A program made the translations under genes and the position numbers. Under the pieces are notes generated by a model. The model saw only the letters and a list, made by a program, of their open reading frames with translations. It did not search any database and was not told the DNA's origin. Of a stretch of DNA of 64,000 bases, positions 24,406 to 35,885 are shown piece by piece; the first letter of the stretch is position 1, and each line of letters starts with the position of its first letter. The stretch covers positions 899,481 to 963,480 of the forward strand of contig BDGG01000002.1 of NCBI GenBank assembly GCA_001949185.1, written 5' to 3'. Origin of the DNA: Ramazzottius varieornatus. Taxonomy: Eukaryota; Animalia; Tardigrada.

Positions 24406-26522
24406 CGAGGGGATTATGCCTGTCCCCACCTCTTTTTGGTCAAACTGTCCTGGCGGAACGAGAGAGGAGACTCTTCTAGGATCTGAGCCAGTGAGCTAAA
24501 TCCCGCGTCGATCCTGAAACAAACTGCAGGGACTCGGGAGTGACGTCAAAAGTAGGGCGGTATATAAGCAGAGTAATGAACAATCAAGACTTGATTGTTC
24601 GATGGTTGATTCGGTTGTTGATTGAGCCTGTGCTTCCTGCTCATCAAGTTTTCTGTTGTTTTTCAAACTTCTCTCATTTGCTCATTCATTCCTGCGCTTC
24701 TCTGAAATGGAATCCATCAACTTGCTGAATTTTATCAAGCTGCTGGAATGGGACTACAAACTGCACTACCTTATCGACGACTTTCCAAGCGAAGCTGACA
24801 GGCAGTTCAAGGACATAGTTAAAGGTAATCTTGCTGTGCACTAGAGCTCAAAAACAAAAAAGATACTAATTTGATTCGTAATCTTTCCTAGATTTCATCG
24901 ACTCGAAGATCACCCAAAGTGTTACTCCTGTGTACGCCGTTGAAGAAGACCTCCAGTATGATCTGCAGATCCGCGTCGAGTCATTTGAAGATTACGAAGC
25001 ATCTGTTGTCCAGTGCAACCTGCTGAATGGCCGGAGTGAAGCTGACTTCGACGTTACGGAACCTAATAGACTGCTTGAGCCTGTTTCCAGCGGAACTGAA
25101 CCTTCTTCCCATGAGCTATACATCCCACGACTTCCTAACCCAAGCTTCCAGTGGATCAGTTAGTCAACCTGGAGTACAAGAAACGTGCGGTTACATACTG
25201 GAGAAACGCCGTGAAGAAGAAGCGTCTCACGTTGGTCACTGTTCAGAGAAGTTTTGGTAAAGTAACCAGCATACGGCAGCTGTACGACTAGGAGAAGCAG
25301 GTAGTGGAAAGCGGTTCCAGGCTGGACAAGTTGAAGGCTCTATGTTTGGATGTCGGTAAGCGGTTCTTCCTCGCTAAAAGGAAAAAGCAAGTGGTCAAGG
25401 ATTTGGACTTACGTCGATGGGCTCTCACTGCGAACGAAACGGTGAACTTGGCCGGTTTCACTGCTTCCCCAGACTGGATCGGAAAACTCAAACGGTACCA
25501 ACAGTTTTTGGTGCTTCGATTTCCTCCAAAACGAAATTAATATCTTCTAGATATTATGGGATCGTTGACCGGAAAATAAAAAAGTTCGTCACCAAGAAAT
25601 CCATACAAGAAGCGCTTCACGTCAAGGAAAGTGCTGAAGCCTGCGTTGCGCTTGTCAGATCAAGGATCGCAGAGTACGTATCAGACTGTCTGTGGAATGC
25701 GGATCAGTCAGGCTTTGAATATGAGATGAGATCAGAAAGAACTTTGGAAACTGCTGGAGTAAAACACGTGGAAGCGATCACCCAGTCGAGAAATTCCATG
25801 ACACATAGCTACAGTGTGATAATGGCGGTCTCCCCGGGCAGGCGTAAGTTTCTTCCTGTTCTTTCCCTAACGCTAAAGGAAGAGGGAGTGTTTGGTCCAA
25901 TCGTGTCGAGAACGATGTTCAAGGCTGATAACTTGTATGTCACCGCTTCGACATCCGGGAAGATGACCAAGAAGCTCTACTTAGAGTGGTCAGAAAAAGT
26001 TCTTTTCCCTCATATGGAAGAGCGGTGCATTTTCTTGGCCGACTCGTGGAAGACCTTCACCGATCAAGATTCTTTGATTGAACTGAAACCTGAAGAGCCG
26101 GAGTACGAAAAGCTGACCATCCGTCCAAAAGTTACCGGTCAAATTCAACCGCTGGATGTGTTATGCTTTAGGATGTACAAAGGCTGCTTCAAGAAGATAT
26201 CCGATTGCCCGTCTTTGCAAGGCCCGTCTTTGTTTCCATCACTTTTATGACGCTCATTATTTCTGTACTATCTATTTGCCGTAACAAGTTTGTTTACTGA
26301 TGGGTTTCAGGGTTTGTTTGTTAGGTCTAATGTGGACCTACAAGAGATCACGTTTCTACGTTACTGGCATAAATTTCTGACGTCACTTCCGAGTCCCTGT
26401 AGTTTGTTCCAGGATAGACGCGGGATTTAGCTCACTGGCTCAGATCCTAGAAGAGACTCTCCTCTCTCGTTCCGCCAGGACAGTTTGACCAAAAAGAGGT
26501 GGGGACAGGCATAATCCCCTCG
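24406..26522 (+). mobile_element. Tc4/Tc5-like DNA transposon copy 2 (decayed, distinct subfamily)
   Basis: ~143-bp TIRs (24406-24548, 26378-26522) with a few mismatches, starting CGAGGGG; TSD TTA in a CTTAG target. Confidence 0.92.
24707..26284 (+). pseudogene. Tc5-like transposase pseudogene
   Basis: Homologous to 1776-3642 with the same two intron positions; WNADQSG, FLADSW and IQPLD retained; in-frame stop (~25289), frameshifts near 25160-25250 and a large deletion before the CKARLCFHHFYD terminus. Confidence 0.9.
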
Positions 26523-27252
26523 TTAGCCGAGCCTTCTATACATTTGCCTACTTGAACAGCGCTCAATTCTCACTCTTTTTTTACAAATGGAGAACTCGCG
26601 ATCGGGTTCCTGGATACTCCGGACTTCAGCAGATCGAGAAATTCACATCGTTTGTCCAAGAAGCACATCAGTTGTCAATTTTCTGGTAATTATAGGGAGC
26701 TCGATCTTTCGCCTGATATACCAATAATGAATTAGCAGGGACGGTCCGAACGGAAGCTACTGTCTTGCTGGCTTGGTTCCGGCGGACCTTTCTTGATTAC
26801 CGAGGACCTTGCATGCGCGCGGATGCCTGGGTATCGATCACAACCAACAATCACTGTGGGTGTACCATATCTCCCCTGGCGCACTTTCCATTTTCGCTCT
26901 ATTAACCAGGTCTTTGCGCAGCTGGATCACATAAGCTAAATAAAACGAACTCAATACGCATTATCTTGTAGGTGGTGAACCTCGGCACAGAGAAGCACGG
27001 TGGCGGACAGACATCCACTTCTCCGTTACGGCTCTGGTCAAACTTGAATTCAAGACTAGTCTGCGGTGCTTGAAATGTAGCTTGATCTGTAGCGATATTT
27101 TTCAAGTACACGGAAGTGTATTAACCTTTGTACAGTGCTCGGCTGCTGTCTTTGTGCCGCGATATAACGGAAAAAACCGCAACGTCAGCCTCGGTAGTCT
27201 CTTCCATAGAGAAGTTGCACTTTGCGCAGATGGTTTGAACAAACGAGAACTA

Positions 27253-27397
27253 CTGTAAATATTCGCTGCGTCCGCGCAGTACTTCATCGTACAAGTGAAG
27301 TACAGCGCCGGTCCGGTTTCACGGATTGCGCAACCCCCTACGGGGATACATCGTCACATACGTGTACGTACTGCGCGGACGCAGCGAATATTTACAG
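27253..27397. mobile_element. Tc1/mariner-type MITE with TA TSD (145 bp)
   Basis: Perfect 30-bp TIR ctgtaaatattcgctgcgtccgcgcagtac flanked by TA on both sides. Confidence 0.88.
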
Positions 27398-28170
27398 TAA
27401 TTAATTTTGAAAATCGAAGTCTATAAAAGCATTCGCTAGAAACTTTGAGGGGTTGCACAACGCGGGCGAGTTTGAGAAAAACGATGTGACAAACGACCGC
27501 TGCTGGTCATGGTGATTTGTTCGGCAGTAATTAGCTCACCAAATTAAAAAAGAGCCGGATCAAATGCAAATCTAACTGATTGTCCGGAGTGGAGGCCCTG
27601 TGTTGCCCGGGCACCGATTACGCTTCCCAGTGCTTCGGACCAGCTGACGGCAATTCTTTCATGTTTAAAATCTACGTGTGATTTTCTTCGTGGTTCACGA
27701 ACGAAGCCGCTCTTCGTTTCATGAATTGCGAGGCGAATTACAAATCTTGAATGTTTAAACTTTTCTAAATGCAATCGTTTTGTCCAAACTATCGTTTGTT
27801 CAACCATCTGTGCAATGTGCAACTTCTCTCATTTCACACACTCTGCACGACTCAGCTCACTCAAGTGATGTGTACATTTGAGTGGTGTGATGCTTAAGAG
27901 TACCCCAGGCTTTCATTGCGACATCCGCACTGATGCCATTTTGTTAATTATTGAGGAAAGCGGTGGAAGATTTTTGCTAATCCGTATCTGGAGCGTATAC
28001 GTAGAACATGTTTTAACCTTTCATGTGATTCTGCCAGATTGCCGATTCGCCGCCGTGTGCTACCAGCCAGCGCCGAAACCCACCGCGAAACGATTGACAT
28101 CTGAATCTTCTGGTTTATCTTTGAAAGTTATTACATCTGCTTCTTGAGCCGTTGAACCTTTTTTTTGTCT

Positions 28171-30653
28171 ATGGCGAACCCTGAAGCTTGTCGTATTTGT
28201 GAAGCGAAGGCGACCGGGTTGCACTACGGCGTTATCACGTGCGAAGGATGCAAGGTGAGTCTATCTACAATTATTAGACAAAATTATTATCTCAAATTGT
28301 GTTTCTGTTTCCTGAAACATGAAAGTGCTTGAATGACAGAGATTGTGGTCTTATGGGTGGTTCGGGAAAAGAGTACAGTGCGCACTGTCCAGATGGATCA
28401 TTATAAAAGCAAGGACAAACTTGCGTCAGGCTGTCACGGTAGAGTGAGTTAAGCAACAGCGATGTCAGTCCATCATAATAACACATTGTACTACAGGTCT
28501 TCTTCAAACGCTATCTGAATAAACATTCCCGGTACAAATGCTACTTCGGAGGATGCTGCGTTACGAATGTACAGACCCGGCACCGGTGTAAGGCATGCCG
28601 GTTCCAAAAATGTCTGCAAGAAGGGATGAGTCTTGAAGGTACATAATCGGGTCCTTAAGATGGAAGAGGTCTTCATGTCCATATATCTGTTAAAGCTATT
28701 GATAAATCAATAAGTCTGTTACAGCTATCCGCCTAGGGCGCACTCCGAAGAGGATGTCTAAGGATGCCACATCTCCAATGAGACCATCACCACCTGATAC
28801 CACTAACATACTAGCCTCCCAATGCACCTTACATCATTCTCCTACGACAACTAAACCAGAGAGACGAGGTTCGTCCCATGCCCAAGCCAAAGGTATCTCC
28901 CAACATCTCTTGGATCGGCCACTCGAGATATTAATTTTCACAGACTTGTGATATCTCAATGGAGAAAGATTGGTTGCCCAAGGGGTATAAATAAAGCCTG
29001 AAAACAACAGATCGTAACAGACACTATTTTTAGGTTCAAACAGCCTCCAAACTTTTCGCCAGTCCGCGTTTCATGTCCATCCCTCGCTCCAGTCGGAAGC
29101 TCACCAGGTGAATGACAATTTCTTCCCGGTAACAGAATTTCCTGCAGCGAACTCGGGCAGCATTTGCACAAGCGGTAGCGATCTCTCCTACGGTGCCCCG
29201 TGTTCCGAGGTTGCCTTCCTGCCCACTACCCCACCATGTTCCTTACCGCAAAAAATCAAGGCAGATGTGGGACAGCCTATCGTTGTTCACGAGAGCTGGT
29301 CTGGATTCTTGCAAAATTTAGCTGCGCACTACCTGGAAAACCCGGTACCGCCATCTGCTGGGATCGGACAGTTGGATAATGGCCATCACCTTGCGAGTGT
29401 TGTGCCTGCCCGGCCTTCAGCTGTGCACCGTTATTGGGGTCTGCTCAAAGCAAAGAACAGCGTGTTAGAAGATAGCCTGAATGCCGTCCATCAAGTGGGT
29501 GTCGACGTCTTTTTAGAGCATTACATCCGATATGAAAACTTTGTGAAAGAAACGTATGAAATGGGAAATGTTCCGGTAAGCCTGAAAAGTTCATCCAGCC
29601 CGCACTTCGTGGCCAGAAGAAATGTCTCTGATTCTTTTACAGTATCAACCTCAAACCTCATTGGAGCAAATGCTGGGATACGTACAGGACATGGTTTCCT
29701 ACTTCGGAGAGAAGGTAGCTCGCTTTGCATTAGGTCTTGCGGGCTTCGCGGAGATGAACGCAGGAGACCAATCGTACCTCATCAAAGACCGATGGCTAGT
29801 CTCATTTCTGGTACGTCAGTTGGGTTTTCATTTCCATTTCGAATGTAAGTTTTTTGCGTGCTGGATGTATGTATTAATAGATTATGAACTCAAAGTGTTA
29901 TCGGGACAAGGAAATTTACCATCCGATCGGTCCGCACGACTTACACTACTGTCGCTATTGGATGGATGTAGCGGCATCAAATAGGTCCGAAAAGTTCCTG
30001 GAATTCCTCTTTCACGTCACATCAGCGATCAACAGTCTGGAGCTGACGATGACGGAGCGCTTTGTCTTGTTGGCAGTGGGATTGCTAAAGACAGGTGAAA
30101 CCGCGGTCGATCCCACTCTAGGTCGACAGAAAATAATCAATCAATCCACCCACCAACCATTTCCTTTGTCATACTGATGTTTTCTCTAGACGCGTCAGAT
30201 ATACTGGCGAATCGTCCTTATATCGATTTCCTTTCCGCTCATTATTTGGAAACTCTGCTGAGGTCGCTACAAAGCTCCAACGCTCAACGACCTAACGTGG
30301 CTGAAAAACTGCGCCAGGTTGGTTTACAGACCGATTATCTAGCAAGGCGTGCGAAAGCGCCTCGATCAAAATCCGGGAAAGGGTTAATGGTTGATTTTAC
30401 GATCTTTGCTGAACCTTTATGACGGACGAAGTTCGTGTCATTTTTAAAAACTGCAACTGGAAACGAACTTCCGAAAGAACTTTGGACCGAAATTGAATCT
30501 GCTTTGCAGCTTGTATCACAGTTTGCAGTGATCAACGAGGTAAACAGAAAGATTATCATGACAGCGGACTTGAAGCATGCGCCGCTGCGTGGACCGGTGG
30601 ACCCCAAAGACGTCGACCGACTGTTGACCATCCCGCAATCTGACGATAGATAG
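28171..30653 (+). CDS. Nuclear hormone receptor (NR1-like DBD, divergent LBD); approx. exons 28171-28254, 28497-28638, 28725-28892, 29136-29575, 29643-29810, 29881-30094, 30190-30317, 30510-30653
   Basis: C4 zinc fingers CRICEAKATGLHYGVITCEGCK|VFFKR..CYFGGCC..RCKACRFQKC..GMS; AIRLGRTPK extension; LBD signature FALGLAGF..DQSYLIK. Confidence 0.9.
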
Positions 30654-30810
30654 GATATCATCTCCAACCTTGCGATTCCGCTTTTCCTTTTACCACTTTA
30701 TAAGGGCCAGTATTTTTCTGCACGATGCCTTTCTTCAGATCCGCCATTTCTTCTGCTGAGAAAATAATTTATTCGTCAGATAGGTCAGATAGATCAGATT
30801 CGTCAGATAG

Positions 30811-30857
30811 GTATTTGTGATCGATCTGTGCTGAACGCACAGATCGATCACAAATAC
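30811..30857. repeat. Perfect hairpin, 21-bp stem and 5-nt loop
   Basis: gtatttgtgatcgatctgtgc-tgaac-gcacagatcgatcacaaatac, ~160 bp after the nuclear receptor stop. Confidence 0.9.
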
Positions 30858-33800
30858 TTTATTTATTCAGAGCAGTGTTTTGCAAGCTCAAAAGGTACAG
30901 TAAAATACACCACACCCGGAAGAATCTCGACACTTTGGCGTTAATTACGTCCATCATTTGAACCCAAAAAACAGTCAACCAAATTAAGAGAACTAAAAAG
31001 AGAACAGAAATAGATACTTTACAGGAAGAGTAATCACAAGATACCTGGGTGAACTACTGAAATGAGTATTCGAAGTGTCAAAAGGAGACTGATAAGAAAC
31101 TGAAGACGAGTCATTGCACACTTCGTCGGCACTGTGTGCAGCTTGACACTCTTTCCTGGCCACCGGTGCCGCCGCCTGGCACAGGACCGTTGCACCGTCA
31201 TGGCAGTCACTCTCGTGTTCCACAAAAAAGAGCGTTAAAGTTCGAATCTTTCCGTTCGAATAAGCATCCCATCTGTGGTCCGAAGCAAACATTCCTGAAT
31301 CCAGCTTCCCAGTGTCTCGACTGTTCAGGTCATTGTTCAACCGTCCTCCTCACGATTGGCCTCAAAATTCTGCTCATGTTGAAAACAGTTGATATAAAGT
31401 TTATTTCAGCTTGATCAACTCAGAATGAACGTGAGTGAAAATGAAGCCTAGTTTTGTGCTATCTCGGAAAGGGAACCGGAAATGGGAAATCCGCAAGTTT
31501 CGCGGGGTAGGATTGTAGGCAGTCTTTGCCTCCTCACTGGGCTCAAACTCCTGACGTACTTTCTGGGTCGTCTGGCTTTCCCGATATCCTCGACGCAGAC
31601 AGGTATCAAGAAGCTCGTGCTACCTATGCACAAACGGCATCTCGCGATGGAAACGGGAATCAGGTTAATGATAACAATTTCTCAGCTGTGGCAGGTGTAC
31701 AAAGAATCATCCGTTTTCGTTCTTATGATAAGCCACTCTAGGGCTGTTTATGTGCCAAGTGAAGTTTAGTGATCGGTTCTCCAGATCAACAGAATCAACC
31801 AAGTTTCCGAGCCTGTCGTAAGGAGGACTAATGACGAATGGTGTTACCCGACGAGACATTTCCCACAATCACTCGTATCGATGGATTTGACGATGGCATG
31901 TACCAGAATAAGTTCTCGAACGAGGCAAGGCGTGAAATTGGTCACCGAACCAGCTGCAGATAACAGATAAGCTTGTCAGTTCTGCCTCCCGCCAATCTGA
32001 CCCATCTCGGTCAGCGTCAGCTGTGGCGTGGGACTCCGATGCCCCATCTGCGGGAGTGTCGAGTACCGGCCGACTGGGAGCGCGGGCTAGCTAAACTTGT
32101 CGGTGAGAACGTGAGGAATGTGATACTCTAAGCCGCTTCATCTATAGTATCAGCTGTTACGAATGTAAAGGGATGCATTGGTTCTGAAATTAGCAGTTAT
32201 CCCTATAAACTTTCTCAATTCCATATTGAGTGGACGTGGGCACGTGCGTCTTCAGGAAGGTCCAGTAAGAGGAGCGGGGCCTTACTTGGCTCACAGGTCT
32301 ACTTTACCGAGTCAAGTTCCGCAGGGGGCGCTGCCGGTGGCAGAATTGGCCTAAAATCAGTGAGGCAACTCGGAGAAAGTGGGTCAAGTTGTAGCCATTC
32401 CGCATTCGCAATGATATTCGGGCCTTGATTAGATGATTGTCAAAACATGCTGCACCAACGCACAGCGCACTGGCGGTAGCGCTTCACATCGCCATATCTC
32501 ATTGAAGTGTGGATGAATTTCGCTAATTCCACTTTCAAAACGTATCCGAATAACTCATTGGCAAAGCCAAGGATAGAAGGAAAAAGCTGTCTGCCACGGA
32601 CGGCATGCCCCAAACAGCCGTCCTCAGTTTGGCAACCGTACTTCCGGTGACGTCATGCGCCACCGGAAGACGGAAACCGGCTGGCAGTTAAACCAGCGTA
32701 AGTCCTTTCTTTCACATGTCTTTTCCTGCATTCGGCTCTTATAAGTAAAAACTAGTTCCAAGCTACATTTCGATACCTGTATGGTCTCAATCCGACCATT
32801 GAGAGCTAAGATATGAGCAGGAGAACATCTTCATGATACGCTGACGTCTTCCCGTGGTCTATCCATGGTTATTAGGCGAACAGAAACGGAAGGATAGCTG
32901 TCAGAAATCAGAATCCGCCGAAGAGTATCCCGCAAAGATCAGTACTGTGAAAGACAAGGTAAAGAGATGCGAAGGGAAGTCATCGCTGGTCCAGACAATT
33001 TGTTTGAAAGCAGAGCGTTTTCGCTTGGACGTGGGTAAGGTTTCAGCCGTTCCGATTTTGAACGGAAACGGACGTTTTACGTCATCATCAAACTTGAGCA
33101 CATCTGCAGCAACGTGTGATTTGTGCTCGGTAAGCACATATGTGGTTTACTTACCCGCTTGCTGTGCCGTCTGTAGAAAGCCTGCTCCCTACTGTATTAT
33201 CGGACGGAATTCCCGAACGACTTCCTCTCGAAAATTTCTTGTGTCATGATTTTTCCATTATTCTCAATTTTAACTGAACAAGAATGAAGCTAGGTGTTCA
33301 AAAATATTTGCGAATTAATTTGGGATTCAGATGGTGGAAGGTTAGTGACGAGTCGTCCGTGGTAAAAGTTGTCACCGGTTAGGCAAACGGGTAAGTAGGG
33401 CCTCGCTCTCGTACATTCCTTCCGTAAATCCCTTCTCGTACCCGGAAGAAGCAGACAAGAAAGAAATTCCCCCTACGGCGAACCAGTATAATGACCTCCC
33501 AAAAAAAAGCAAGCCCGATTACAGTGTACATATCTCGAGTGCGACCCACGGCCCGAACCCGCGGACCTGGTCGGTCACATACTTCGCGCGGTATTTAGTG
33601 CAGAACTAGACGATCGCCATAAAGCTAAGCGCGTTACTCATGAGTTCAGCGAGTTGTAACGGCGGCTGTTGCGGCTACAGCGCGGAAGTGGTACTCGAGG
33701 TATCCTGACTATTACTTCGACCCACATTTCTTTTGCGGAACGAAGGTTAACGACAGGTGCATTCAGCGTTTATAGGGATGCTGGAGATCGTGCGTGGTAT

Positions 33801-34017
33801 CATTGACTCTGACTTCGGGTTCTTTAACGGTTCAACATAGCGAGAGGACTCATAAAACCCAACCATATTTCATGGTCCATCGACTGGCAGGTACCGGCTC
33901 CGTTGGCTCTGCTGCACAGTCAGCGTTTACCAAGCACGCACCTTGCTTCTTCATTGACCATTACTGCGTACCATAGCCAGGAAGTAGAAGAGCTTGTGGA
34001 TTACTCTATCCGTCTGT

Positions 34018-34023
34018 TATAAA
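34018..34023 (+). promoter_or_regulatory. Possible TATA box of Gly-rich gene 2
   Basis: TATAAA about 215 bp upstream of ATG 34235; position only. Confidence 0.25.
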
Positions 34024-34234
34024 GTCATGAAGCCACCACGCATTTTGCCAGATCTATAGTTGTCACCAAGAACAAGTTAACTCTGCGGAAGCGGAGTTTC
34101 TTTATCTTTTGAGTCTGCTTCTCTGTACAATATTCTGGAAATATTCGTCAGAGAAATCATCTGCAGGCAGCAAAGGTTTCCATCAGCAGGATTATCTCCG
34201 TTGCCGTCGACGGGTGACTCCGTCCCTTTCAAAA

Positions 34235-35125
34235 ATGATCCTCAGACTCTCGCCTCTCCTTTGTTGTATTTTCCTTCCCTTCCTCCAAGTTGCCTGTAAG
34301 GGTCCCTCGATTTTCTTACCCTTACGTCGTCTGTCTTCAATCGCCTCAAGTATCTTCCGCTTTAGTTTCAGCGCCATCCTCCAGTTCAGACAGCGGATAC
34401 GCAGCCGCGCCCTCTTCCAGCTACTCTTCATCCGCCACCGGATCGGGGACAGGTACCAGCGCGGCGTATTTAGTGCCAGCTAGAAGTGCATACGACTCCG
34501 GTAGCAGCGGCTACGGGTCCACGGCTGGCGGATCGAGTGGGTATGGTTCGGGAAGTGGAGGGGGGAGCAGCAGTGGTGGGCTGGGCGGATTTGGCCTAGG
34601 CGGAAGTGACTCTTTCTCTCCATTTGGATACTCCAGCGGCTATGGCTACGGCTATCGACGATACATCCCCGTTCCTTGGTGGATCTGGTACCCCACCACC
34701 ATCTCCTACAACAAAGGATACGGCAGTTCAGGTCTGCCTTGCTCTGTCACTTAATTTTCAAGTAACCGATTGACTGAAATTCATTATTGATCGAAAACGT
34801 AAAACGAAACCCGAACGTAGCATGGTGTTAGTGATGATACAGTTCGATGGCCTTTTCAGGTGGTCTGCTGGGCGGTGGGATCGGCGGTCTGGGAGGTTTT
34901 GGCGGTGGTTTCGGCGGTGGCGGTTTCGGTGGCGGAGGGTTCGGTAACGGCGGATTCGGTGGAGGTAACGGTGGATACGGAGGCGGCGGTTACGGTGGTT
35001 ACGGTGGGCAGGGAGGATACGGAGGGCAAGGTGGATACGGAGGAGGTAATTACGGCGGCGGTGGTTATGGCGGTGGAAACTACGGAGCCGGAGGAAGTAT
35101 GGGTGGAGGATATGGGAGATATTGA
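34235..35125 (+). CDS. Secreted Ser- and Gly/Tyr-rich protein 2; exons 34235-34295, ~34366-34731, 34860-35125
   Basis: Signal peptide MILRLSPLLCCIFLPFLQVA; identical 25-aa core motif; GGYGG tail; the exon-2 acceptor is ambiguous (three in-frame AGs at 34350, 34365, 34371). Confidence 0.85.
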
Positions 35126-35885
35126 GACCTTGATATTTCGTTTACTTCTTCGGGCAGTTTTCCTTTGTTCTGTGAAACTTTCTAGCAATGCATACGTTTT
35201 ACTGTCTTCACCTCCGACTCTAATTATTTTGTTATCAATGCAATTTTCCATGTAACGTGGCTGGTCCACTGCTTACTCTAAATCATATTTTACCGATGGA
35301 AAATATGGATGTGTGGGTTAACAGCGCAAAAAAGGGAGACAGATGCTGAGGCAAAGAAAGAACATTAAGTTTTCTATGATAATACGATAAAACGTCGATC
35401 AGTATGTCATTCAGAGGCCCTGCCTTATCTCGCCCAGTTCTTTTCTGGATGGCCGAATTTTTCACCAGCACCCTTATAATATTCCATATGCGCCGTCAAA
35501 ATGATCTGTTCCCTAAAGCTGCGATGTCTTCGTACTTGTGGCCTAGGCAGTGTATCAATAACCATGGCTTGTCATGGAAGATAACGGTCAAGCTAATCAA
35601 GCGTGATGCGGAAGGCTGCACATATATCTCTTCGTCGCCTTTTTGATGGCGAGGAAAATGGTAGACTTTTTATTGACCTGATGTAGTGTCTCTCTCAGGC
35701 CGCGGAGACCCTTTGATTTTACGTGTGACTTTTACAGCGTTTCTCCCTTGAAGAGGCCGAAAAGATGGCTACTTTGGTTGTAAAAACAAACTTGCGGCAG
35801 TAAACCTGTAATCAGTGAACTGTTGTTTGCTGTTACGATGGATTCATCGCTCTACTGAAATTTGATGCATAATAAGGAACTGAGA

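Larger units (their letters stand above)
24187..26541. mobile_element. MITE (GTATAGAAGG family, ~235 bp) interrupted by a Tc5-like insertion
   Basis: Left TIR gtatagaaggctcggcgaagctaaaataagc; right TIR gcttattttagctta[insert]gccgagccttctatac; 6-bp TSD ATTTGC at 24181-24186 and 26542-26547. Confidence 0.85.
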
